This document shows positions 34,245-46,578 of a stretch of 64,000 nucleotides of DNA, in pieces. How positions within the stretch are numbered: position 1 is the first letter of the stretch; each line of letters starts with the position of its first letter. This DNA comes from Octopus sinensis. Taxonomy: Eukaryota. The position numbers and the translations under genes were made by a program. Location of the stretch: the NCBI RefSeq assembly GCF_006345805.1, contig NC_043012.1:44764001-44828000 (forward strand). Reading direction: 5' to 3'. The notes under the pieces are model-generated. The model had not been told where the DNA came from and did not search any database. It was given only the letters and a program-made list of their open reading frames with translations.

Positions 34245-36200
34245 ATTCCTTATTAGCCATTAGGGCCTGATATAGAGGGACGATACAAGACAGACAAGGT
34301 GGGGGTTGTACATAAAAAGTGTGTACACAGTTTTAACAAAGGTAAACGGCTAAAAATTGCAAGTGTAAACATATAAAACAACAGTGGTACCGAAAAGGGG
34401 GAGGGAGTATTCTGGGTTGGTCATGGAAACCCCACAAGCGACAAGACAACCTTATCGCTAGGGCAGAAGCCTAGAAGTTTAGGCCCAAATTAGATATGTT
34501 CATTCAAACCATTCGTACAACTTTTACCCATTTTTGCACGTCCAGATCCAGCGACCTGAGGTCGTTAAGAAAGCGTCCTTGCTTCCAAAACGATCCCAGG
34601 CCACGCACATTTAAGCAGCCTAACTTGAGCAAAACCCCCAAAAGTGAATCACTACTTACTTTTTGGGCGGCTGGGTGAGAGATTTTTCTCACTTTTCTGG
34701 GTGGCTGTTGGAGTTTCCACAACCAGGTTTTTGTTCTTTGGAGCTTACCCACCGCATTAGGGCGGTTTTCTTTTAAGTCACTGAAAGTTGTATTAGATAC
34801 TCTGAGTATTTGTACGTGAGGTGGAGCGTTAGGTGGAGTGCACAGAAAATCTTCTGGTGCGGTGTTGGTATTTTGATGTATTTTCTTAGGAGTTCATTGT
34901 TTGCGTTGATTGCAGTGATATTTTCTATTGTTTTCGACGGTGATTTTTGTATGGTGTGTGGTGCTGTTAGTGGTATTAGTGGTGTTGGTAATGTCAGCGA
35001 TGCAGTTGGTGGTCGTGTGTCTGTGTTGTGGAGAGGAGCTGGGATGGTATCCTTTTTGCGTTTTTTCCTTTCGGAGATTCCCCTCCACACTTTGATTCTA
35101 TGGCCGTTTCTGGGTCAGTCTCGAGAAGGGGAAGCTCAAGTGGTTCTTGTTTGTCGATGTGGTTTCTCCCTTTCGTGCTGCTGCTGTCCGTTCTGTAGTG
35201 TTCTTAGTGTTGCTTTTTCGGGTATCCTTAGCTGCTGCTGCAAATGGCGTCCCTTCCATTGTGGGTGCAGCTGCTGCTACTTCTACTGTTGCTGCTTCCG
35301 GGGAGCTTCCTTGCCCTCAATGAAGCTGTTGATGTTTTCTCTGCACACTGTGTAGTCGTTGCTGCTTTGGATGGTGGTGGGGTTAATTTTGATGCAGTCT
35401 GTGTTTACTGCTGTAGGTGCTGTTGTGGAGTCTCCTTTGCTGGAGGGGTTCGCTTCACGTTTGTTCTCGGTTGGCAAATGACGTCAACCTCAGGGGGCTC
35501 CTCCCCAATCTTTATTTTTGGTACTCGCCGTCCGAGGTATGTTAGCAGAAGCAATAGTTCGTCTGTTTTTAGGGGCATTGTGACCTGTAGTTTGGCTTCA
35601 TCTTCCTAATCGAACTTTGCTACCACGGTGCCATATCTTTTCCCTCTAGCCACGTATTTAATTTTATTCCAGATGAGCTGAAAACACTTTTCCATAAATT
35701 CCTTTGGTGTATGGTAAATTTTTTGTCTTTTTGTGATAGGGTTTTATAAATTACAGTTCGTCGTAAGATGCGCTGTGAGATTTCACTAGGTGGCGTTAAA
35801 GAGACATTTCTGTCGTTTTTCTGAATTAGGTTTTTGAACATTTTCAAATCTTCAACATTTATTTTTAGATGTTCTTGTACTTTAGCTACAGTTGCGAAAC
35901 CACAACTGTTAGGTTTAATAACTTTTTCTTCGAGATTTACAGTTGTTTTCCTGGTTGTGGTAGCGTTGGAAAATGTCTGTGTGCTTTCAACTGCAAAAAG
36001 GAGGTTCCCCACCTCCTTTTTGTAATGCGGAAGAGGAGGAAAGATTACTTCATGACTGGAGGCCGTATTTGAAAAAAGTAGACATATATGTACCAAGACA
36101 ATACATTATGAAATTAAAATTCGCCACATAAAAGGAGAATTTTTTTAGTCAAGAAACTTTCCCCGCCAAGCAGGTCCAGTACAAATGTTCAAAATAATAT
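34245..36200 (-). mobile_element. L1/Tx1-type deletion derivative: ORF1 remnant, ORF2 start fused to ORF2 end, and 3'UTR
   Basis: ORF1-like KYVARGKRYGTVVAKFD..YLGRRVPKIKIGE. ORF 34504-34752 reads LGCLNVRGLGSFWKQGRFLNDLRSLDLDV|QKWVKVVRMV*. Confidence 0.75.
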
Positions 36201-36431
36201 TATACTCGTTTGTGTAACAAAAAACCAGCAAAACTTACGAGTGCATGAAAACACGTCCGTTCGGTAAGAAATTCAATTCTTTATTTGCCACTACGGGCTT
36301 TACATAAAGGGACAAAACAGAGCAGGCAACAGCAAATAGGGATCTACAACAGGGTGGAATGGACGGATTCAAGAACAACGTGAAAAGAATTAACAAAATA
36401 AAAATTGACATGATGAACTAATGAAACTAAT

Positions 36432-36838
36432 AGGCACAGGAGTGGCTGTGTGGTAAGTAGCTTGCTAACCAACCACATGGTTCCGGGTTCAGTCCCACTG
36501 TGTGGCATCTTGGGCAAGTGTCTTCTGCTATAGCCCCGGGCCAACCAATGCCTTGTGAGTGGATTTGGTAGACGGAAACTGAAAGAAGCCTGTAGTATAT
36601 ATGTATATATGTGTGTGTGTGTTTGTGTGTGTGTGTTTGTGTGTGTGTGTTTGTCCCCCTAGCATTGCTTGACAACCGATGCTGGTGTGTTTACGTCCCC
36701 GTCACTTAGCGGTTCGGCAAAAGAGACCGATAGAATAAGTACTGGGCTTACAAAGAACAAGTCCTGGTGTCGACTTGCTCGACTAAGGGCGGTGCTCCAG
36801 CATGGCCGCAGTCAAATGACTGAAACAAGTAAGTAAAA
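36432..36838 (+). mobile_element. Full-length SINE family A
   Basis: A box TGGCTGTGTGG, B box GGTTCAGTCCC, internal microsatellite and 3' ..AAATGACTGAAACAAGTAA. Confidence 0.92.
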
Positions 36839-36849
36839 GAGAGAGACAA

Positions 36850-38475
36850 CAAGATGAAATGTTGGGCATGGAGAGTCCACAAGCCACGACACAATACTGC
36901 TCTCACACAGGAGACTAAGGTGGTGCGTTCAAATGTGTCACCTTCATACACAACGATCGCGCCAAGTGCATCCATCTGGTCCTGAACACACGCGGCCGTA
37001 GCAATTCTCTCTTTCTCTCATTTTTCGTTTGAGGTGGTATATGAAATAGTTTATTAAATCGTAGCCATCGAGAAAGTTGTTCGTCATTATTCCTTTCACT
37101 CTCGTCAACCACACTATCCCTTTCGGTATAGCTACCAAATAGAGAAAACTTGCCTGCCTTTCCCAGCTAAGGGAAGGAGATGGAGTAATCTTAATGATTG
37201 ACAACTGTACTCCTCCCAGACGCGACAGTAGGTGTTCTGCGTAAATCCAAAGATCCGAAATCAATGGACACTGTACGATGGCGTGCAGAACAGTTTCGTT
37301 GCCCTGCTCGCATCTCAGACATGTCCGTGTGTTTGCACATTTGCACCTAAAGAGTTTATCGCAAACAGGCAGAGCTCCCCGGTAGCACTGCCAGGCCAGG
37401 TATTTCTGGTAGTTATTCATGGGTCCCAGCCCGAAAGTCCTTCGGAACAGACAAGTAACTTCACTGTAATCGAAACCCAAGGTTTCTCCCAGAATATCAT
37501 CGCACTTACCAGCCACTAACCCTCTATAAAATGACGAGGTGGAACCCTCACCGATCGCATTGTCCGTACAGCAGAGAAGCGAGAGAGCTAGACTGCATTC
37601 TACTTGCCAAGCACCCTACCTAGGTCTACGTTTGGTCCACGAGTTCAGTTTGCTAAAGGAGTTGAACTGTGGGAAGACGAGTTTCACGAAGGGTGACCAC
37701 ACCTGTTCACCGTCTACGTAGAACTGGAGATGACTCAGCCTTAGCGCATATCTGTGCATTTTCAGCCAAGGCATGCCCAGTCCTCCATTTAGCGGTAGTT
37801 GACAGCAAATAGAGCATCTGACCGGTGGACCCCTGTCTCTCCACATGAAGCGGAAAAATAGGCGATCCAGCTTGATCAGACACAAACCTAGGAAATGCAC
37901 GACGATTAGGCGGTAAATAATGACGGAAGCGGTGAACACATTCGCCAATTCGGCCCTCCCTTTCAGGGACAGCTTCCTCTCAGCCACCTGCTCGTAATCT
38001 CACTCCAGTTACTATCTATTTGGAGGTCCAGACCCCGAGCAATTTCACCGGGCCATCCGTCCAACGTCCAATGACGTTGTTCGGTGGAATCGACCTGCCT
38101 CTAAAGGTGCCGAACTACAGGCCATATGACTTACACGGTTTATTTTTGCCCCTGATACCGCTTCGTACTCTCTAATGGCATTGCCTACTAGATGCAGGTG
38201 TATATTAGAGAATACGATGACGGTGATAACGTCCGCATATACTGATACTTTCCCCTGCACCCCAGATCACGCAGGACGCCACTCTGCAGTAATGGCTCAA
38301 GTGCCAGAACATACAGGAGGGAGGATAGGGGGCATCATTGGCGGACCAAATGCACGCTACTGAACGGCTCTGAAAGATGACCGTTCATCCGAACTACCGA
38401 TTGAATGTTTCCATATAAGGTGGTGATCCAAACCAGATAGCGATGGCCAACCCTATCGAACGCTTTTGGCTGATA
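36850..38475 (-). mobile_element. L1/Tx1-type LINE 3' part (RT C-terminal half, zinc knuckle), degenerate
   Basis: KAFDRV, VRQ*CPLS..LALEPLL, VSVYAD, SGAKIN, LSLKGRA, GGLGMP and CLRCEQGNETVLHAIVQC. Confidence 0.9.
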
Positions 38476-38484
38476 TAAATGTAT

Positions 38485-38790
38485 CAGTACCTCTCCCATG
38501 GAGAGGGAAGCGTAATGGTTCGGCGCTGCATGTCGTCTTCATGCCCAGGAATGTTGTTCATTTGTGAGGGAAGAATGAATTCCAACACTTACACCAAAAT
38601 GTTAGATCATGTTTATCAACCTTCCTTAGCTAAAATGTTCAACGATAACCTCCCAGACAGCGTAATCTTACACCAAGACAATGCTTCATGCCACACATTC
38701 AGGGTTGGTTTGAGGAGAAAAGGATGAGGGTGAAATGGACCCACCTCAGTTTCCAGACCTCAATCCCATTGAACATATGTGGTGATACTA
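38485..38790 (+). mobile_element. Tc1-family transposase fragment
   Basis: HGEGSVMV, HQDNASCHT and PPQFPDLNPIEHMW. Confidence 0.85.
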
Positions 38791-39078
38791 AGGTACAAGA
38801 GTACTGTAAAATTGGCATAGCAAGTGGAGTACAAAACGTTTCGGACAATGTCTTTTTCAGGGTAAAAATAAAAAACGGCTGGAGGGAAGTAAAACACTGT
38901 AGACTTTTACATCCTCTCTGTTTTCAGAAACTACCATCTTTATCTTGATGAAAGACTCTCCAAAACACTGCACATCTCATTCCCCACTTTAATTTTGCCC
39001 TACGTTTCTGGCACTTTTTCAAAGTAATAAGTTTTGACGTTGACTATCACTATCTTCATTGGATTCAGTTTTATGTGA

Positions 39079-39122
<44 letters not shown>

Positions 39123-39140
39123 ACACACACACACATTATA

Positions 39141-39535
39141 TAGGCACAGGAGTGGCTGCGTGGTAAGAAGCTTGTTTCCCAACCACATGGTTCCAGACTC
39201 AGTCCCACTGCATGGCACCTTAGGCAAGTGTATTCTATTATAGCCTCGGGGTAACCAAAGCCTTGCGAGTGGATTTGGTAGACGGAAACTGAAAGAAGCC
39301 TGTCGTATATATATATATGTATGTATGTGTGTGTGTGTGAATGTGTGTGTGTGAACATGTGTGTGTATTTGTGTGTCTGTGTTTGTTCCCCACCATCGCT
39401 TGACAACCGACGTTGGTGTGTTTACGTCCCCGTCACTTAGGTTTGGCACAAGAAGCAGATAAAATAAATACTACGGTTACAAAGAATATGTCTTGGGGTC
39501 GATTTGTTCGACTAAAGGTGGTGCTCCAGCATAGC
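39141..39535 (+). mobile_element. Full-length SINE family A
   Basis: Collinear with 36432-36838. Confidence 0.92.
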
Positions 39536-39744
39536 CGGTAAAATTTACACTTTTTCTTATTTTTATTTTTCTAAAATTTTACCGGCGAGTGTGTTATATT
39601 ATATGGCACGAAAAGAAAATGACTCACCCCAGGCACAACAGAATATGCTTCAACACACGAACTCATATAAAGAATCTTGCAAACCAAATCCCAAAACGAA
39701 ATATATATATATATAATATATATATATTATACACACACACATAA

Positions 39745-39852
<108 letters not shown>

Positions 39853-41256
39853 ATATTATATATATATATATATATAGATAGATATATCTGTACACAGATA
39901 TGTATGTATATAATGTGGTGATAGGTGGACTGACAGATGCATTGGTAGACAGAAAGATAAACAGATAGAGAGATAAATTGATAGACAGCTAGAGAAATAA
40001 ATAGAACTTTAGATAGATGGACTGACAGAAACTCAGATAGGTAGATAGATAAGTAGACATACTGGTGAATTTATGAAGAGATCAATTAGTATACAGGCGG
40101 GCTGATAAGTAGATAAATAGATAAACCTTTCGGTAGATCGACAAAGGCTCAGATAGAAAAAAATATATAGATAGATAGACAGAAAGCTAGCTTGGGTGAT
40201 TTATAGATAAATTGATAGTTCGACAGACAGACAGAGAGCTAGCTAGGTAGTTAACTAGAGTGACAGATATCCGAAGAAAGAAAACATTTGATAATGGTAG
40301 TCCAACATGCACTCAAAAAGTTGGGATGGTCACGGCCGATATGCTTTGATGATACATCTATTCGATTAAGGTTGACTTGAAATTATCATGATCATGATCA
40401 TCAACACTAACAACAACACGGTGCCATTCGCAACAGTAACTTAGAAGTACAACAGCAATAACGGAATTTATACAAGAGTATAACTGACAGTCAGTCATTC
40501 AGACAGACAAGACAGAGAATTAAATAAGGAAGAAAGTAAAATGTAAGAGAATCTTAAGGAAGTGAGCTGACAAAACAATCAGGAAAAATAGGAAAAAATG
40601 TAGATGGATAAAGATGGTGGATAAAATTAGTGATGATGGTAGTGGCGGCGGCGGTGGTGGTGGTGGTGGCCAGTAGAATAAGTGAGCCAAACAACTAGAG
40701 TAAAAAAAAGAACGAATAAAAAAATAAAATAAAGTAAGGAGGAAAGAGAAAAAAAAAACAGGAGAGGAAACTTGAAACTACAAGCATTAAAAATGATGTT
40801 GAAAGAAAAAGTATAAGGGAGCAAAATATAAAGGAATTATGATATGAAATAAATGGATAAAATAGGAGGGGAATATAATTGAAAAGAGGATATAAGAACT
40901 GAGTATAGTAACTAGAATATACAGACTGATAAAGGGAGAGAGAGAGAGAGAGAGAGAGTTGGAGTGTGAAAGAGAGGGGGAGAGAGAAAGGGGTAGAGAG
41001 AAATGGAGAGGAGAGACAGTAGAGTGAAAAGTGAAAGTAGAATGATAAAGAAATACGCGGGAAGGAACAACAAGAAAGAAGGGAGGTAAATAGATGAAAA
41101 ATAAACGATCAAAGAAAAGCGAAAGAAGAAAATATGTAAATACAAGAACGGATGAGAAAAACATAATAAAAATAAAATAAACGATGTGTATGCATGTACG
41201 CGCGCGTGTGTGGATATATTTATACAAACGTATACACATACACTCACACATATATG

Positions 41257-41295
<39 letters not shown>

Positions 41296-41578
41296 GATTA
41301 TGCCTATGCGCGTTTACACATACGTTTCGCATATTTATACATCTCTCTCTCTCTTCCTCTTCTCTCTCTCTCCCTCTCTCTCTATATATATATATATAAA
41401 GTAAAAAATAAGCAATATACTTCCTTATACTCTGACAGAAATAACCCCCCCCCCCACCATCACACGCACGCTGTGTAGGAATTGGCAATGATTCGCTATT
41501 TGATTATTGTCAGAATAGCACAGCGCACAGCCAACGAAGAGTGTCTACTGGATGTGATGGATCGCTAGCCTTGCTTTT

Positions 41579-41597
41579 CAGCCGCTAGGGGGCAACA
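41579..41597 (+). promoter_or_regulatory. CTCF-like motif
   Basis: CAGCCGCTAGGGGGCAACA fits the CCRSYAGRKGGCR core and lies in a short non-repetitive island. Confidence 0.4.
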
Positions 41598-41689
41598 CAA
41601 TACAGAAAGCACATATCAAGTAGATAGGTGTCACTCAGATCAATAGCTGACTGACTTCTCTGGACAAAATCTTTGTCTTATATACGCAT

Positions 41690-41801
41690 GCATGCATACA
41701 TACATTCATACATACATACACAATATTTATAGATGTACATACATACATATATATATATATGTATATATGTATACATACACAGACATACATATACATATAA
41801 A

Positions 41802-41833
<32 letters not shown>

Positions 41834-41853
41834 CATACAGACATACATATAAA

Positions 41854-41929
<76 letters not shown>

Positions 41930-42120
41930 CACACACATATATATAATATATATATATATATATACATATTATATATATATATATATATACACATGTACAT
42001 ATATATATACTGTATATATATATATATATATATACATACATATATATGTATATACATAAATACGTACATATACATATACACACTACATACACGCATATAT
42101 ATACATATATACTTACATGC
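41690..42120. repeat. (TA)n-rich compound microsatellite
   Basis: Read directly from the sequence. Confidence 0.98.
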
Positions 42121-42281
42121 ATAATTTGTTATGCCATTTGTTTATTCATTCTATTCCCCGCCCCGCCACCGATTCTCGTCCACCACCCAACTAGCCAGCC
42201 AGCCAGCCAGCCAGCCAAACAGCAAGTGGAATTGCCAAACGAACGATTATCTTAACCGTTGTTTCTTTTCTTGATTTCACT

Positions 42282-42350
<69 letters not shown>

Positions 42351-42379
42351 ATCTATTCATCCATCTATCTATTTGTCTG

Positions 42380-42457
<78 letters not shown>

Positions 42458-44921
42458 ATCTATCTATCTATCTATCTATCTAGCTAGCTACCAACCTCTC
42501 TATCTATTCTTTTACTCATTCTTTAACGTCACTGTGGATTGTTATTTCCTCATGTCTGACCATTATATCTCGGATGTTCCTAACACCTTCGTTTCTTCTG
42601 TTTCTCGTTTGTTCTTTAATTCATTCGTATATCTCACTATTCTTTACTTTATACTGAGAAGATGATTTTGGTAAACACTCACGCATGCGTACCTACATCC
42701 CTTTGTCCGTCCGTACGAACATACGTACGTATGTCCCTACCTAGCTACATGCTTACCAACCTTCTTACATATTTACTTACATGCATATACATGTTTACGC
42801 ACGCACGCACATACATACATATATACATACATACATACATACATACATACATACATGCATACATAATACATACATACATAATACATACATACATACATAT
42901 ATGTGCAAACATAGTCTTGCATTTATACATACATACATACATTCAACAATCCATTCATTCATCCATCCATACACACGTATGTGTGCATATATACATGTGC
43001 TGGTATATATATGAATGTTTAAATATATCTGTATGCATGGCTACGTATATCTAACATATATGTACTATGTAGGCATATATGTATGTACTTGTATATGTCT
43101 ACTTAGCAAATAATCTTATACATATACATAGGGAAGCGAATACGTTCAAATACCTATCCATACATATACATTTTCTTCGTTTATCTATCTAACTAAATAA
43201 TCCTTCACAAATTACTCCCACCCCGACACTTTATCAACTTCTAGCATTGACAATGTCAGCTTCGTTCCTAACCCTCCTGTTTGTTGTATAGATTCATTCA
43301 CGATTTGTTTTCCCTCTTGCTTCTCTTGCCATGCTATTTCGTGTTGTGTTTATTTTCTTTGGTGCATTCTTTCTCACTTGAAGAAATCTTTATGTAACAC
43401 AAAGACATATTTTCTTTTTACTTGTTAGGCAGAACAATACTTGTCTTCTATAGTGTTATGTGATATATTGGTTACGGATAATGTGTGGTGGACTGGTGGG
43501 TGTTTAGTGTGTAATGGTGGGTATTATGTTTAGTAGTGACAGTGGGTGTATTGTTAAGGCGCAATCTACCATAATGAATGTGTGCTATGGGTTAGAGGTG
43601 TGTGTTGAGTACTACACTGCTTTTGATGAAGTTGTGCGGTGTAGTGATAGGCTCTGGATCGTTTCTGGGGACATTCATGCGGTGGAGAGAGGTTCTTAGA
43701 GGTTTGTAATGATCATATTGATAAGAAAAATCTATGAATGTAGATTAATTGCGACATATTTTTGTATCTCCAAGGGCTATATGGATACATGTATTTTTTA
43801 TAATCACTTTTTAATCGGATGTGGAGATTAGGCCCTCACAACCGTTTTTTTAGGTTCTCCCAGACAGGTGGTAGCGATGTACTTATTTACTGTAAAATTG
43901 TTCCAGGGGAAATGAAGTTGTAGGCTTTATGGAGGTTGCAGTTTCCGGAAGGAAGACTTAGGCAAAGTGTCTAGTCGTATTTAACTCGACGTCACTAAAA
44001 CATCCTTTTAAATACAATAAAGCATCTTTGACAAATGGGAGTGTAAGTAACTTGGTCTCACCCCTACTCTCTGTTGGATGCAATTGCGACGTTTTGGTGG
44101 GTATTAGAGAGTTAGAAAAATGCCTATATTTATTCTGTTTCTTTACAGATTGAGTTCGAATCGCACCAAAATCAGCTTTGCCTCCTAATCTTCCGGAGTT
44201 GAGGATATAAGGAACCAGTTCATTGTTAGGTATCGAACAGATAGGAATGTTTGTACCAGTTTTTCGGACCCTGAGTTCGCTGCAGCGACATTGGTGCCAA
44301 ACTGTATCACCTGTTATCTTTATTTGGATAACAGCAGCGGTGTGGAGAAGGAGACATGTTGCACAGATAGCAACGAGTTTTGCACACACACCCTAACCGC
44401 ATTGAACAGGTCCTCGTGAAGGTGAAAAAGTTTCCAGGTGCAGTCACAAAGTAAATCCTGGACGACAGAGGACACATATATACAAAAGTAGCCGAGCCAT
44501 GTATGTCGCTACTATATAACTTCATGAATCACTTCTACTGTTATATGTAATAATGTTTAGCTATCATATCTGCTGCGTGTAAAAATCAGACTATAGGTGG
44601 AATTTATCGAGTGTTATTTATTGTACGTCTGATACACTCTGTTGTATATAAGGGTGTAACGCTGACAATCCCTGTGACATGTAACATTTACACCACTGCC
44701 AAACACTAATATATACATAACCATGTACAGTGTGTAAGAGAGAATTACTTATTATGCAGTTATGTAATCATTAGTAACTCCCGCTATGCATAATATTTCC
44801 GGCTACAACCATCTGTATGGCAGATCAAGCTGTTATTTGTATGTGTCATTCAACAAGATTTCTTTTTGTCCGGTGCGTAAAATTTCTTTTAATTTAAATA
44901 CTGCTATTAATAGTGATTTCT

Positions 44922-45290
44922 AAGGCGGTGAGCTGGCAGAATCGTTAACATGCTGGGCAAAATGCTTAGCGGCATTTCGTCCATTTTCACGTTCCGAGTT
45001 CAAATTCTTTGCCTTTGGTCCTTTTGGGGGTCGATAAAATAAATACCTATTTCTTTACTACCCACAAGGGGCTAAACACAGACAGGACAAACAAGGACAG
45101 ACAAACGGATTAAGTCGATTATATCGACCCCAGTGCGTAACTGGTACTTATTTAATCGACCCCGAAAGGATGAAAGGCAAAGTCGACCTCGCCAGAATTT
45201 GAATCAATAAAATAAATATCACTTGAGTACTGGGGTCGATATAATAGATTTATCCTCTCTCCCAAAATCTCAGGCTTTATGCTTATAGTA
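44922..45290 (+). mobile_element. SINE family B interrupted by an antisense copy of the same family
   Basis: Head at 44922; the body resumes at 45207 after the insertion. Confidence 0.85.
45046..45206 (-). mobile_element. 5'-truncated SINE B nested in antisense with a 12-bp TSD
   Basis: ATAAAATAAATA at 45034-45045 and at 45207-45218. Confidence 0.85.
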
Positions 45291-45299
45291 AAATGGATT

Positions 45300-45474
45300 A
45301 AAATTGACTTCAAATTTTGGCACAAGATCAGCAATATCAGGGGAAAGGCTAAGTCAACTGGTTCTTATTGTATCGACCCCGAAATGATGAAAGGTGAAGT
45401 TGATACCGGCGGCATTTGCAACCAGAAGACACAGCCGAAATGCTGCAAACGACTCTGCCAGCTCGCCACCTTAA
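45300..45474 (-). mobile_element. SINE family B, minus strand
   Basis: TCTGCCAGCTCGCCACCTTA is the reverse complement of the family head. Confidence 0.8.
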
Positions 45475-46136
45475 TGTTGCTATTGACACTGATTTGTTAA
45501 GGACAGGATGTGGAAACTGATATAATGTTGGCCAAGTGTGCTGGGAAAGAGACATACATATACGAAAATGAATCAGTCACCATGGTTTATCTACCCTGTT
45601 CGCTGATGGTCTCATAAATACTAGCAGCACTGTTGTTGCTAGATTTCGGCAAAGACAAACAAAATCTATCAACGAAGAGTTATCTAACTTGTTCGAAAGA
45701 TAAGTGAATACACAAGTACCAGGATGTGCAGCTGGGCAACAAAATTATGGAGATGGTGATGAGAATGGTGATGGTAATGCTAATGATGATGATGATGTTG
45801 ATAAAGATGACACTGAAGACAATGGTAATAATGTTATTGATCATGATGATGATGATGTGGAGGAAGGAGAGAAGGATGTGGAGGAAAATGAGGAAGAAAG
45901 TAACAAAGATACCGCTGCAATAACAAACTGCAAACATAAATGTAAAACCAAAAAAAACTTCTTTCACCGCCGTCACAACCACAAAATTCCCATCCTCTTA
46001 CTCCATGTTCCTCTCCCCTCTTCCATCTCCTTCCTTCCCTCACCTCACTCCCTCTCCTACTTTCATCGCCTCCTCCTAATACTATTATAACCACCACCAT
46101 CACCAGTAGCAGCAGCAGCAGTGCTGCCGCCGCTGT

Positions 46137-46172
<36 letters not shown>

Positions 46173-46239
46173 ATAAATACATATATGTATATACATTTCT
46201 ATGCATCTGTCTGTCTATCTTTCTGCCTCTACATATACG

Positions 46240-46284
<45 letters not shown>

Positions 46285-46376
46285 TCACATACGCATGCAT
46301 GTATATGTTATACACACTTCGCTCATATTTGCCTTTGGACGCGTGCACATTCACCTATCATATATATATATATATA

Positions 46377-46464
<88 letters not shown>

Positions 46465-46496
46465 CATTTATGCATATATGTATATTTTTATATATA

Positions 46497-46578
<82 letters not shown>

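Noticed and set aside
43958-44389. Minus-strand 143-aa ORF with a signal-peptide-like start
   Set aside because: It begins at GTG inside a (GT) run rather than ATG, and no family is recognisable.
45704-46090. Acidic 128-aa ORF resembling a biomineralisation or nucleolin-type protein
   Set aside because: It derives from degenerate (GAT)n and (CCT)n low-complexity DNA, with no domain or splice support.
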